Counted from the stretch's first letter, positions 20,596 through 30,946 are shown. The stretch: DNA of 64,000 bases from Candidatus Bathyarchaeota archaeon (GCA_963714275.1 CAVQNT010000002.1:128001-192000), one strand, 5' to 3'. Program-made: numbers and translations. The notes: generated from the sequence alone by a model not told the origin.

Positions 20596-20829
20596 TCACT
20601 GCTTTATTTCCGCAAGGGTCTCCGTGAAAACAATCCCCGTCAGCCTTCCGAGCCTAAGCACGGTCGGTCCAAGGTCAGATGGGTCCTTCACTTCAACATC
20701 AGCCACTACATCATATCTGCCTAACACTGGAAACACTCTTTGGACGCCCTTAACCTGCCGTAAAGCCTTAACTGCGTCGTCGAACTTTCCCTGCGATGTC
20801 CTGATCAACACGCAAGCCGAAACCAACAA
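20596..20829 (-). CDS. Stand-alone Lrp/AsnC ligand-binding domain
   Basis: ACVLIR, LGRYDVV, GIVFTETL. Confidence 0.8.
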   Translation of the reverse strand: MLVSACVLIRTSQGKFDDAVKALRQVKGVQRVFPVLGRYDVVADVEVKDPSDLGPTVLRLGRLTGIVFTETLAEIKQ

Positions 20830-20973
20830 ACATCCCTCAACACATAATACGAAATCTCACAAGATATAATTATCGCCCATAAAAGAAGAAATATCCTTCT
20901 TTAATAGTATGGAAAATTTATATCAATACTCAAAATCAAAGACAGAAGTATTGAGTTATTCACATTCAGGAGT

Positions 20974-21561
20974 TTAAATATTCTTATCTGGTCTAGGTAT
21001 ATGTAAGTTTATTTTGTGATGGTTGTAAACATCAAAGACTTGTTTACAAAATTCCACCATTTTTACATCATTATTTTTGATAGCTGCCTCATGCATTTTA
21101 ATAAAATACCTTTTTCCAGCTTCTGTCTGAGAATAATTTTTTTTGATTAAATTATGCTGTGTGCATAGTGTTTGACCATTTTCGAGAGTATTGCTTCCGC
21201 CTATATCCTTGGGAAGTACGTGATCTGCACATATTTCAACGCCGTCTTTTCTTCCTAATCCACATACTACACATCTGTAATTGTCTCTTTTGAATATTTC
21301 CTGTTTTACATCTTCAGGGAAATCAAATAATTCTTCAGTATGAACGTAATGGGGGTCATACTTATATACGCCCTTTCTGACTTTGACTAATTTTCCTTCT
21401 TGGTGAAGTTTTCTGATAGCTCTCCAAGGGTCTCTGGGTTTATTTCCAGTTATTTTTACATATTGTTCTTCGACCCAGTCAACGACAGGTCCATGTTCCA
21501 AATCCTGCTTAGGATGTTTCTTAAAATATTCCATAATCAAGTCATTTATGGACTTAGTCAT
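20974..21561 (-). CDS. HNH endonuclease with N-terminal wHTH-like domain, putative type II restriction enzyme
   Basis: IFKRDNYRCVVCG..ADHVLP..GG.NTLENGQTLC..HN. Overlaps the MTase by 8 bp. Confidence 0.8.
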   Translation of the reverse strand: MTKSINDLIMEYFKKHPKQDLEHGPVVDWVEEQYVKITGNKPRDPWRAIRKLHQEGKLVKVRKGVYKYDPHYVHTEELFDFPEDVKQEIFKRDNYRCVVCGLGRKDGVEICADHVLPKDIGGSNTLENGQTLCTQHNLIKKNYSQTEAGKRYFIKMHEAAIKNNDVKMVEFCKQVFDVYNHHKINLHIPRPDKNI

Positions 21562-22387
21562 ACAATGCCCCTCTGACTAGTAGTCTCTTTTGCTCTATTC
21601 CGCATTCCTTTAATCTCTTAACTGCTAATTCACAGTAATTTCTGTCAATATCAATGCCGATCCCTTTCCTGTTGTTCAGTAAACAAGCCACTAGAGTCGT
21701 TCCGCTGCCAAGAAAAGGGTCAAGTATTGTATCACCGACAAAGCTGAACAGTTTTATGCATCTTTTTGGGAGTTCCACCGGATATGGCGAAGGGTGTCCA
21801 ATTTTGTTTTTGCTTTCGCCATTAAAGTTCCATACACCATTAGTCCATTCTATGAACTCATCCCTTGTTATGTCCGATGTTTTGCTGCCGTCTGTTTTTT
21901 TCCATCTCTTCTTGTAAAGAACAACTATTACTTCGACTGGTGCTATTACAAATGGCGCAGATGCGCTTAACCATGAACCCCAAGCGGTCCTTCGTGAAAT
22001 GTTTTGCTCGTTCCATATTATTGTGGCGTGATATTTCCATCCAACTTTTTTCGCAATGGTCGTTATATCAGCACATACGCTTTGTTGCCCACCCTTGTTC
22101 TTGTCTAAAGGAATATTAAGGCAGAAGCGACCATCGTCTTTGGCAAAATCATAACACTTGGTGAGCCATTTTTCGGTGAACTCCAAATATTGTTCATAAG
22201 GAATGTTGTCTTTATAGGTTTCATATTTTATGTCGATGCCATATGGAGGAGAAGTTATAATAAGATCAATGCTGTTTTTTTCAATAGAATCAGCAGTAAG
22301 AATGTCGTCATCGTAGATGATGATGTCGTCAAACTTAAAACAGGGTGCTTTCATGCTTCCCACGTTTTTGTAATTGTTCTTCTCCAT
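21554..22387 (-). CDS. Beta-class amino (probably N4-cytosine) DNA methyltransferase
   Basis: Catalytic TSPPY near the N-terminus, HPSPYP, SAM-binding DPFLGSGTT near the C-terminus. Confidence 0.9.
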   Translation of the reverse strand: MEKNNYKNVGSMKAPCFKFDDIIIYDDDILTADSIEKNSIDLIITSPPYGIDIKYETYKDNIPYEQYLEFTEKWLTKCYDFAKDDGRFCLNIPLDKNKGGQQSVCADITTIAKKVGWKYHATIIWNEQNISRRTAWGSWLSASAPFVIAPVEVIVVLYKKRWKKTDGSKTSDITRDEFIEWTNGVWNFNGESKNKIGHPSPYPVELPKRCIKLFSFVGDTILDPFLGSGTTLVACLLNNRKGIGIDIDRNYCELAVKRLKECGIEQKRLLVRGALYD

Positions 22388-22575
22388 GTTTCTACTCGCA
22401 CTGCAATATATATCAATTATCTCAATCTTGAAACTTTATGCAGTCATGCGAGAGTGTATCATATAGACTATTATGGTCATGGTTTATGAAAACTTTGGTC
22501 AGTTTTTATATAACAGAATATCTAGCTTTTATTATAGTTTGGTTAAAAAACTTCAGGTATTTATTATTGTGATTA

Positions 22576-23007
22576 TTATTTTCCGGTTAAGGTCATGATG
22601 TTTTTTTCGTTGCGTTTTCTTTTTAAGTTTAGTCCTTTGAGTTCTATGATGACGAGTTCAGCAAGATAAAGTGTACGGCATCCTTCTTCTAGGTGTCCTG
22701 CGTACGCTTTTTCGTTGTCTGAGACGACGACGTGCAGGTGGGGTTCGCCGTTTGCTATTACGCCGTTGACGTTTGCGAGTTCGAGGGGTTTGTCTTTCCA
22801 CTGTTCGAACCTGTTCTGTGGCGGAAACCCCGTGGTTGAAACGTAGTGTATCCTGTATTGGTCTAAGGTGCCAACTGCTGAAACGACGACGGCGTCTTTG
22901 ATTCCTTCTTTTTTTATGAGTTCTTTGACGCTTTCTAGGACGTAGTCGCCGGTGTCAAGGCTTAAGGCGAAGATTCTGCCCATTTTTTTGGTTGAGTAGT
23001 ACTTCAT
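22576..23007 (-). CDS. PPC/DUF296-domain protein
   Basis: SAVGTL, LELANVNG, EPHLHVVVSD, AGHL. ATG at 23007. Confidence 0.85.
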   Translation of the reverse strand: MKYYSTKKMGRIFALSLDTGDYVLESVKELIKKEGIKDAVVVSAVGTLDQYRIHYVSTTGFPPQNRFEQWKDKPLELANVNGVIANGEPHLHVVVSDNEKAYAGHLEEGCRTLYLAELVIIELKGLNLKRKRNEKNIMTLTGK

Positions 23008-23011
23008 TTCT

Positions 23012-23464
23012 TTATTCCTTGCGATTGAACAAAAGCTCGATTGTGCCTCCGAGCTTGCCTGCGGAGTCCATGTAAACGTAGCAGCCGCCCTTGTAGTCGC
23101 CCTTCTGTTCAATGCCTATTCCAGATTTGCGGAAAGTTTCCAGTGTTCCATCAAGGTCCTCAACGTTGAAAGCTATGTGGTGGATGCCTTCGCCTTTTCG
23201 GTCACCAAACTGCTGCCAAGTACTCGGTTCGCCGATGGGTTCTATGAGCTCCAGAGTAATGTTTTCAAACTGGAAGAAGGTTAGTTTTGCTTTAGCCTTC
23301 GACGGTTTGCCCTTGAAGGTCATATGGGTCGCTTCCCATCCTTCGGTTTCCATTATCGGATTTTCCTTTACGCCTAGGAGCTTCGCCCAGTCTGCTCGGG
23401 CTTTTTCAATGTTTTTTACGACGATAGCTACCTGAGATATGCGTTTAAACTGTCCGTCAACCAA
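23012..23464 (-). CDS. VOC/glyoxalase-family protein (methylmalonyl-CoA epimerase-like)
   Basis: QVAIVV, LELIEP, GEGIHHIAF, IELL. Confidence 0.85.
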   Translation of the reverse strand: MVDGQFKRISQVAIVVKNIEKARADWAKLLGVKENPIMETEGWEATHMTFKGKPSKAKAKLTFFQFENITLELIEPIGEPSTWQQFGDRKGEGIHHIAFNVEDLDGTLETFRKSGIGIEQKGDYKGGCYVYMDSAGKLGGTIELLFNRKE

Positions 23465-23492
23465 CTTTTACACCTCAAACATTTCCTCATAA

Positions 23493-24176
23493 CTATAAAG
23501 TAATGCCTACTTTATCTAGAAATGGCTTTTGACCTTTCCTGTCCAATTCTAGTCGTTTTTCAGCTCCTTCCAGAACCTGCACTGCGACCTTTTTGGGGAC
23601 AATCACGACTCCGTCGTCGTCGCCCACAACGACGTCGCCTGGATTAACGTACGCTCCGCCGACAGTGATTGGGACGTTCACGTTTTCGGGTTTGATTTCT
23701 ATTCTGCCGATGACTTCGGTTCTTCCTATTGTCCTGCAGAAGACTGGGAACTGGATTTTCCGTATTTCGTACGTGTCTCTGCATCCTCCGTCGAGAACTA
23801 TGCCTTCGACGCCTTTGGCTTTAGCTGACAAGCCTATATTGGAGCCCCAGAATCCTACGTCGATGCATCCGTCTAAGTCTACGACTAGAACGATCCCTTT
23901 ACCTGCGTGCTTCACGAAATGGTCGTAATTGGCTCTTTTGCCGTACCATTCTCCGGCGTAGTTTTCGTATTCTTCAGGCGTCATGGAGGGAATTTCGTCT
24001 TGAACCCTGTTGGCCTTCACGGTCACTGCGTGCCCAGCCATCATTATGCCTGAGTATAGGGGTTTTATTTCGTTTGACACGAGGACTTTGTCGTGGAAGC
24101 CATAACGGTCCAAGGCGTCAATGACGTCGGCGACGCGGATTTTCTTGTACCGTTCAACCAGTTTAAGGTCATTCAA
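23493..24176 (-). CDS. RraA/HMG-aldolase family protein
   Basis: DVIDALD, WGSNI, DGGCRD, VNPGDVVVGDDDGVV. Confidence 0.85.
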   Translation of the reverse strand: MNDLKLVERYKKIRVADVIDALDRYGFHDKVLVSNEIKPLYSGIMMAGHAVTVKANRVQDEIPSMTPEEYENYAGEWYGKRANYDHFVKHAGKGIVLVVDLDGCIDVGFWGSNIGLSAKAKGVEGIVLDGGCRDTYEIRKIQFPVFCRTIGRTEVIGRIEIKPENVNVPITVGGAYVNPGDVVVGDDDGVVIVPKKVAVQVLEGAEKRLELDRKGQKPFLDKVGITL

Positions 24177-24408
24177 CTTTTGTTCACCTGCATCGTTTCC
24201 CGACTTTAATTATTATTTAGGCTTATTAACGCATAAAAACCTCACTGCTTCCTTGAATACCAATGTTTTCATGCATTGAAATGAACCATTATTCTGTCGT
24301 CTAGTCTGATTTGTTCAACAACCGATTTTCAATTATGAACAACAAACCATTTTTTTTGTAGGTCCATCTTTTTTACATGACATGTTTAGACAGTAATTTT
24401 GGCTTGGT

Positions 24409-25574
24409 TTATGGTCGTTTTTGTTCGAAGATCCACGATGCTCCTGCTATGAGATTTCGTATTGGGAGATGTTGGGGGCACAGTTCTTCGCATTTTCCGC
24501 ACTTTTTGCAGTTTTTGGCTCCGTTTTCTTTGCCTACGGTTTCATTGTACTTGTTCACGACTTCCTGTTCCGCGTTTCTGTCTCCGCGTTTCGTGTAATG
24601 CAGGTTATACAGAGCGAAAATTTCGGGTATAGCCACGTTGTTCGGGCACGGCATACAGTACCTGCAACCGGTGCATCCGATGAACCCGTACTCCGAGTAT
24701 TTCCTGCGCACCCGTTCAATCAGTCGAGCTCTTTGTCCGTTAACGTTTCTGGTCCTGAACGGCTTGCGCTTTCAACGTTTTCGACTACCTGTTGCATTGT
24801 GCTCATTCCGCTGAGGGCAACTGAGACTTCCGGATGGTTCCACACCCATTGGAGTGCCCATTCAGCCAGAGACCGTTTGGTTTCTGCTTCGTCCCATATG
24901 GCTTGAGTCTCCTTTGGTGGATTGACGGCTAATGCGCCTCCTCCGATTGGCTCCATGATGACGACAGGCAGCCCTTTGGAGGCAGCATACTTTAGTCCTT
25001 TGGTTGTTGCTTGTCGGTCTTGGTCCATATAGTTGTACAGGATTTGGCACATTGCCCATTTGTCGTAGCTGTCGACAATTTCTTTTAGGGCTTCGAATTC
25101 GTCGTGGAAGCTGAACCCCAACCCTCGGATTCTGCCGTCTGCAACGGCGGTTTCTGCCCACTCAAGCACGTTCAGGTTTTTCATTTTTTCCCATCTTTCT
25201 TTTCCAATGCCGTGCAGAAGATAAAAGTCGATGTGGTCAGTTTGAAGCCTGCTGAGCTGTTCGTTTAGGTATTTTTCCATGTCCGCCTGGGAATTAACTA
25301 TCCACGTAGGCAACTTTGTGGCAAGTTTCACCTTTTCCCTGTACCCGTCTTTGAGGGCTTTGCCGACGACGACTTCGCTTTTTCCGCCGTGGTAGCCGTA
25401 GGCTGTGTCGACGTAGTTGACGCCGTGGTCGATGGCGTACCTGATCATCTCGACGGCTTTCGGCTCATCAACGTTAGAATGGTCTTCGCCTGACAACGGA
25501 AGCCTCATCGCCCCGAACCCTAAAGATGAGACCTTAAAATCATGTTTTCCGAACCTTCGATACTTCACAAACAA
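24409..25574 (-). CDS. Aldo/keto reductase with C-terminal 4Fe-4S domain, frameshifted near 24722
   Basis: LGFGAMRLP, DTAYGY, IDFYLLH, LSGMS, plus CTGCRYCMPCP and CKKCGKCEELCPQ. Confidence 0.9.
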
Positions 25575-25660
25575 TCCCTTCAGACCGCATTTACATAATA
25601 TTACGCTTCACATACTTGAGAATGTTTCTGTTTTGTAGCAGTTGGTCGCTGTATCTTTTT

Positions 25661-25984
25661 TTAAGGATTAGAGATTTTTGTTCTGAGAGACTTCAACGTT
25701 CCCGAGACCCGAATCATGTGCAAGATTACTTTTTCATGAGTAACATCAGTTGTGGCTGCTATTGACGCTTTAACCATTTCTAGAGCTTTGTGAGAGCAAC
25801 GGAAAATGGCCTGCCTACTATCCGCATCATACTCAACAATGTATAGCTCGGCTTGGCTGGCTCCGTATTCTCCAAAGAGCCGAACTAAACTAGTCCAGAC
25901 AGCGTCATAGACTGCCCTTTCGCTGAATGTTTGGTGACTTTCGATTCTTACAGCAACGTAACGTCGCCTTACGATTCTGGTCAG
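25661..25984 (-). CDS. rnp2: RNase P protein component 2 (Pop5/Rpp14), absent from the ORF track, apparent CTG start
   Basis: Manual translation: (M)TRIVRRRYVAVRIE..VWTSLVRLFGEYGA..IFRCSH..RVSGTLKSLR, stop TAA at 25661. Follows Rpp30. Confidence 0.9.
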   Translation of the reverse strand: MTRIVRRRYVAVRIESHQTFSERAVYDAVWTSLVRLFGEYGASQAELYIVEYDADSRQAIFRCSHKALEMVKASIAATTDVTHEKVILHMIRVSGTLKSLRTKISNP

Positions 25985-26709
25985 TCTTTTCTCCTCCTGA
26001 CGACAAAAACTCCTGGAGCCAAAAAGTTTGGGCTGAGTTTCCTCCTGTTCTGTTCCACAATACCTTTTGGAGTCACTGAAAAAGCCTGTCTAGCGTCATG
26101 TTGATCCATTCCGAACAGGTATGCTAGGGAACAGTAGTCTTCAGCGTTTCTAAGTAAGAATTGTTCGTTGGCTCCGCTTGACAAAACAATAGGTACATGA
26201 ACCTTGTTCGCGACCTGAACTTCTCTGCGTAGGCACGAAAGCAAAATAGACCTCCTGAATCCCTGCTCAGTTAACAACGGAGCCATGTCAATCTCAAGTG
26301 CGGCTTGGGCTTCAGATGCGAGCTCAGCTTCCGCAAAATCAAAAAACCGTTTTTTAGGATGGGTTAAAGGGAACGATATCAGGTCGACCCTTCGGTCCTT
26401 AGCGGCTTGTCTAGCAACCTCCTTTGAGTAGCACTTCACCGCTATGACTTCAGTTTTTCTCCGCAAGTTTCTCAAGATGTTAAGCAATTCGCCCGCTGTT
26501 CGTGGAGACAAATCGGTCCGTGAAACAAAATCCACGCCTAAGCTGCTGCAGATTGCCGTTAATTCTTCAGGTTCTTTTTGTGATGCTTTTGGTGAAATAG
26601 GGATTCCGATTGCCGTATACCCGAGTTCAGCAGCTTTTTCAACCATTTCTTTGACATGGGCACAATTATCGAACTGTGGGCATAGGTGCAGGTCAGTGTA
26701 GAATCTCAT
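25981..26709 (-). CDS. rnp3: RNase P protein component 3 (Rpp30)
   Basis: DLH, ARQAAKDRRVDL, ALEID, VLSSGA. Confidence 0.9.
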   Translation of the reverse strand: MRFYTDLHLCPQFDNCAHVKEMVEKAAELGYTAIGIPISPKASQKEPEELTAICSSLGVDFVSRTDLSPRTAGELLNILRNLRRKTEVIAVKCYSKEVARQAAKDRRVDLISFPLTHPKKRFFDFAEAELASEAQAALEIDMAPLLTEQGFRRSILLSCLRREVQVANKVHVPIVLSSGANEQFLLRNAEDYCSLAYLFGMDQHDARQAFSVTPKGIVEQNRRKLSPNFLAPGVFVVRRRKD

Positions 26710-27158
26710 GGAACCATTCCTAACCTCCGAATAATGTTTGTAATTTCTTCGATTTTCGAGGTTCTAAACTTGATTCTTAAGCGAATAGGGTCAGCGAGGC
26801 AGAGTTCAGGCTTACCTTTGAAGGCAGCCTGTTTATTGAGTCTAAGGTAGAGGTTTCCCTTTGTTAGCCGAAGTTCAAGTTCATCAAGCAAGGCTTCCTT
26901 GTCAATCTGCGAAAGTCTTAACCCAATGTTTCGGAGAAGACCGTCAGCGATTTCAGGGTCTCTTATTTGGGTTTCAAAAATGGCTATGGGGTTTCCGTAT
27001 TCCCCTTTAAAGTTTTTTTGGCTTATAGCTACCTCTTCGACGTGTTCGGGCGGCAAAAGGTTGCGTACAGCTGTTAAGACTTTGTCTCTCTCTTCAGTCG
27101 CATGGACCAGAAAGCTAAGATCAACGTAAAGTATTTCGTTTCTCGGCAACCAGCTCAC
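26706..27158 (-). CDS. Predicted RNA-binding protein (COG1325/DUF54)
   Basis: VHATEERDKV, GEYGNPI, LYLRLNKQ. Conserved neighbour of Rpp30. Confidence 0.85.
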   Translation of the reverse strand: MSWLPRNEILYVDLSFLVHATEERDKVLTAVRNLLPPEHVEEVAISQKNFKGEYGNPIAIFETQIRDPEIADGLLRNIGLRLSQIDKEALLDELELRLTKGNLYLRLNKQAAFKGKPELCLADPIRLRIKFRTSKIEEITNIIRRLGMVP

Positions 27159-27390
27159 ACATCTTCAAAGGAATTAACGGTTTTCCTCTCAACATATACT
27201 CTTTACAATGAATTTAAGCATAATTAATACACGTAACCTTATCGACAACATTACAGACTGCTTCCAATAAAAGACAAGCCAAAAATTATGTGAAAAATAT
27301 CTCCGACGATGCCTGAAAGGCGCTAAAAATAAAAGTGATTGATGCATCCTTTTTTAGGACCATAGTGTTAAAAATGGTTGTGAATGTGCA

Positions 27391-27867
27391 TTGGAGCTGG
27401 CGAATAACGTGATTCCTACGGCTTTCTTCGTGACAGGCGGAAAGGCAATCAGCAAGGTTTCGGAGCTTAACACCTTCGACTTGGCTTTAAAGGAAGCTGG
27501 CATAGAACAGTGCAACCTTGTGGCGGTGAGCTCGATTATCCCGCCTGACTGTAAGGAAACGAAGCCTAGGAAGCTCCCGATTGGAGCCATCACGTATGTT
27601 GTGTTGTCAAAGGCTGATGGACAAGGAGAAATGTTAAGCGCAGGAATCGCATGGGGCAAAGACGAAAACAGCGGATACGGCATAGTAGCTGAGGCTTACG
27701 GACACACGGATGAAGCTGCAACTAAAAAGAAACTGGACGCCAAAGTTCAAGAGATGGCGAGGATACGAAACATCAAACTAGGCAACGTAAAATATAGAAT
27801 TGAAACCATTGATGTGCCAAAAAACTATTATGGATGCGCTGTCGCAGCCTTAGTCTATATCTTCTAG
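27391..27867 (+). CDS. pdaD: Pyruvoyl-dependent arginine decarboxylase
   Basis: FDLALKEAGI..NLVAVSSIIP, with the SS autocleavage site. Confidence 0.9.
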   Translation: MELANNVIPTAFFVTGGKAISKVSELNTFDLALKEAGIEQCNLVAVSSIIPPDCKETKPRKLPIGAITYVVLSKADGQGEMLSAGIAWGKDENSGYGIVAEAYGHTDEAATKKKLDAKVQEMARIRNIKLGNVKYRIETIDVPKNYYGCAVAALVYIF

Positions 27868-27869
27868 TC

Positions 27870-28385
27870 CTAAGCCATCAGCCCACGGACCTTTCTCCCC
27901 GCGCTTGTTAAGCCCCTGAATACTCGTCCCCTGCCTTTTCCGAGGTTCAGTTCAGGCAGCACCGTCAAGTCCACGAGAATAACCTCATACCACTTGTTTA
28001 GGCCATCCTGCCAAACCCAGTACGAGTTGAGAACTTCTAGGTTCGGAAACTTTCTCGCGGTCCTTTCCTCGCCAATCAGCCTCATGCTTTTGGCAAATTT
28101 GAGCTTGTTTACGCCCATTTTTTTCTGTCTTCTGCCCGTTTTTGGACGCTGTCTTCGATAGCCGCTTTTTCTAACACGGACTCGGACAATAACATAGCCA
28201 GTTTTGTCCTTGTAGCCCAATCTTCGAGCTCTGTCTATGCGGGTGGGCTTGTCGACCCTTGTGATCGCTTGCTCTTTCCGCCAGAGAATGACCCTTTCCT
28301 TCATGACCTCTTTAACGTAGCTGGATTCAGGTTTCCTCCAAGCCTTAGCCATATACTTGTAAGCCACTTCACCACAACGCTCCAA
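27870..28385 (-). CDS. rpl15e: 50S ribosomal protein L15e
   Basis: PTRIDRARRLGYK, NLEVLNSYWV, RVFRGLTSAG. Confidence 0.97.
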   Translation of the reverse strand: MERCGEVAYKYMAKAWRKPESSYVKEVMKERVILWRKEQAITRVDKPTRIDRARRLGYKDKTGYVIVRVRVRKSGYRRQRPKTGRRQKKMGVNKLKFAKSMRLIGEERTARKFPNLEVLNSYWVWQDGLNKWYEVILVDLTVLPELNLGKGRGRVFRGLTSAGRKVRGLMA

Positions 28386-28526
28386 GATACGGCAATGCTA
28401 CAAAAAAGACAAATTTATACCTTCCGTTAGTGCTGAAAAGCCTTTTGTCATAAAACACGATTTTCAACCATTCAAGTTTAGGTTATTCTGAATACAGCTC
28501 ATTAAACGGAAAGCGTTATTTCTGGG

Positions 28527-29297
28527 TTGGCAGCTATTGGTTATCAAGTGAGCAAAATGGAAAAAACGGTTCGAGTTACGGTTTGGAACGAGTTTCTTCA
28601 CGAGAAGCAAAGCCCAGAAATAGGCAAGATTTACCCTGAAGGAATCCACGGCGCCATCGCCAAGCACCTGAGCAAGCAAGGTTTCAAGGTTAGAACAGCC
28701 TTTTTGGAGATGCCTGAGCACGGCTTAACCGACAAGGTTCTCAACGACACCGACGTTCTGATTTGGTGGGGGCACATGGCTCACGACCGAGTCAGCGACG
28801 CCATAGTAGACAAAGTTTACCGTCACATCACAGATTGTGGTATGGGACTCATCGTTCTCCACTCAGGTCACTACTCAAAAATCTTCAGGCGGCTGATGGG
28901 CACAAGCTGCGGACTACGATGGCGTGAAGCAGGCGAAAAAGAACGGCTGTGGGTCGTCTCTCCGGGTCACCCGATCGCCGCGGGGCTTGAAGACTACTTC
29001 GAGATTGAACACACAGAGATGTACGGAGAATACTTCGACATTCCAGCCCCAGACCAGCTAGTGTTCGTAAGCTGGTTCCAAGGAGGCGAAGTCTTCAGAA
29101 GTGGCTGCTGCTTTCACAGAGGCAAAGGCAAAATCTTCTACTTCAGACCGGGGCACGAGTCATTCCCGATATTCTATCACCCGAAAGTCCTCCAAGTCAT
29201 CGAAAACGCAGCCAGATGGGCAGCCCCAGTTGAAGGACCTAAACCTCCAACGATAATAGGAGCCCCAAACGTCAAACCCCTCGAAAAACTCCCATAA
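28527..29297 (+). CDS. thuA: ThuA (trehalose utilisation) domain protein
   Basis: [33 protein letters not shown]. Probable start is ATG 28557. Confidence 0.88.
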   Translation: MAAIGYQVSKMEKTVRVTVWNEFLHEKQSPEIGKIYPEGIHGAIAKHLSKQGFKVRTAFLEMPEHGLTDKVLNDTDVLIWWGHMAHDRVSDAIVDKVYRHITDCGMGLIVLHSGHYSKIFRRLMGTSCGLRWREAGEKERLWVVSPGHPIAAGLEDYFEIEHTEMYGEYFDIPAPDQLVFVSWFQGGEVFRSGCCFHRGKGKIFYFRPGHESFPIFYHPKVLQVIENAARWAAPVEGPKPPTIIGAPNVKPLEKLP

Positions 29298-29482
29298 TCC
29301 CCCGTTCCTCTATTATTTTTTCTGAACTACTGAGAATTTAGGATTTTTTGTAGATAATACAATTACAAAAATGTTAGGAAAACACAAATAGGATGCCTAA
29401 AATAAAAATAATTGTTAATTTCACAGGTTTAAGTCCAGATACTACATAATTAAGCTGAGGTTGGTTTCTTTGTCAAGCAGAC

Positions 29483-30640
29483 TTGGTGTTCAAGGACAGG
29501 AACAAGCTTTCGCCGCATTACATTCCGAAGCAGCTTCCCCACCGAGGCCACCAAATAAGCCTTCTAGACGCCATTTATGGCTCTATACTTAGGAACATAA
29601 GAAACGCCTACCCCCGTTTCACCCAGATAATCGGCGACACAGGAACAGGCAAAACTTGCACAACGGTAAAGTTCGGCGAACAAATTTCGGAAAAGGCAAA
29701 GAAGGAAGGCGTCAACCTGAAGCATGTTTACGTCAACTGCAAGGTTGACGGAACAACCCGATACGTCCTTTTTGGCAACCTCGTACGAAAGGTGACGCCC
29801 AAAATTTCGACGAGAAGCCTAAGCCCTGAGGAAATGATTAGGCAGCTCATTGAGTACTTGAAGGCTGAAGGCATGTTTCTGCTCGCAACCTTCGACGAAA
29901 TTGATTATTTCATCCAGACCAACCCTAAGGAACACGTCATCTACGACTTGACGCGGACGACCGAGATGAGCCCCGGCGAACCCTCGCACGTAATAGGCGA
30001 AATCTTCATCGCAAGGTCCCTGAAATGGCACGAACGCCTCGAACCGGGAGAAAAGTCCACCCTCGGAATGGGCGTCATAGAGTTCCCCAAATACACAAGC
30101 AGCCAAGTCAGAGAGATACTTGAAGACCGCGTCGAAGAAGCCTTCCGCCCGGGAGTCGTGGACGAAGACACGTTAGACCTCATCTGCGACGTCACAGCTA
30201 ATCCGCCCGTGAACGGAGACATCCGCGTGGGACTTGACCTCCTCTACTATTCGGGGAACTTGGCTGAAAACCAGGGACTTGACAGGGTCCACCCTGACCA
30301 CGTTAGGAAAGTGTACGGCGAAACAAACCCGACGATAACCTCTGAGGACATATTGAACCTTGACAAAAACGGAAGACTGGTACTCCTAGCCTTGGTGCGG
30401 AGCCTCCGAGCTGACAAAACAGCGTACGTGGGATTGAGGGAAGTCAGAAAAAGCTACGAGCTAGCCTGCGAGGAGCTGAATGTTAAACCCGTCGAAAGGT
30501 TCGAAGAAATCATCCAAGACCTGGTCTTCCGAGGCATAATCGACATGAAATCCCTCACCGAACTCGGAGTGACCGGAGCGTCAGTCATAGACCTAGAAAA
30601 ATTCCTCAACAACCTAACGCAGAGGCTAGGCGAGAAATGA
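29483..30640 (+). CDS. cdc6: Orc1/Cdc6-family AAA+ ATPase
   Basis: LSPHYIP..LPHR, Walker A GDTGTGKT, YVNC, Walker B FDEID, GDIR. Confidence 0.88.
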   Translation: MVFKDRNKLSPHYIPKQLPHRGHQISLLDAIYGSILRNIRNAYPRFTQIIGDTGTGKTCTTVKFGEQISEKAKKEGVNLKHVYVNCKVDGTTRYVLFGNLVRKVTPKISTRSLSPEEMIRQLIEYLKAEGMFLLATFDEIDYFIQTNPKEHVIYDLTRTTEMSPGEPSHVIGEIFIARSLKWHERLEPGEKSTLGMGVIEFPKYTSSQVREILEDRVEEAFRPGVVDEDTLDLICDVTANPPVNGDIRVGLDLLYYSGNLAENQGLDRVHPDHVRKVYGETNPTITSEDILNLDKNGRLVLLALVRSLRADKTAYVGLREVRKSYELACEELNVKPVERFEEIIQDLVFRGIIDMKSLTELGVTGASVIDLEKFLNNLTQRLGEK

Positions 30641-30946
30641 ATGAGTAACAAAAACCTGCCCGTATGGGACGAGCTTGAGATGGGACTCGGCGGAGGAAGC
30701 AAGTTCCGCGTCGTTCGGGAGCTATTACTCAAACCAAATGAGGCTTTAACGAAATATGCGCTTGTAAAGGCAACTGGGCTGCGAACGCCTTCGGTTGAAA
30801 GCCAACTCAAAGCCCTTCTTAAGCTGTGCTGGGTCAAGGAATACGCTTTCACACCTAAGACTTACCAAGTTAACCTTGAAAACGAAGTTGTTCAACAATT
30901 GTTCGAAGTTTTCCAGAAAATAAGGCACGCTAAAGGCGGTTCGTAG
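30641..30946 (+). CDS. Small winged-helix protein abutting cdc6
   Basis: KFRVVRELL..LTKYALVKATGL..V...LKAL..YQVN HTH/wing pattern. TGA-ATG junction with cdc6. Confidence 0.7.
   Translation: MSNKNLPVWDELEMGLGGGSKFRVVRELLLKPNEALTKYALVKATGLRTPSVESQLKALLKLCWVKEYAFTPKTYQVNLENEVVQQLFEVFQKIRHAKGGS

Noticed and set aside
29298-29482. Replication origin upstream of cdc6
   Set aside because: AT-rich but short, with no recognisable repeated ORB elements
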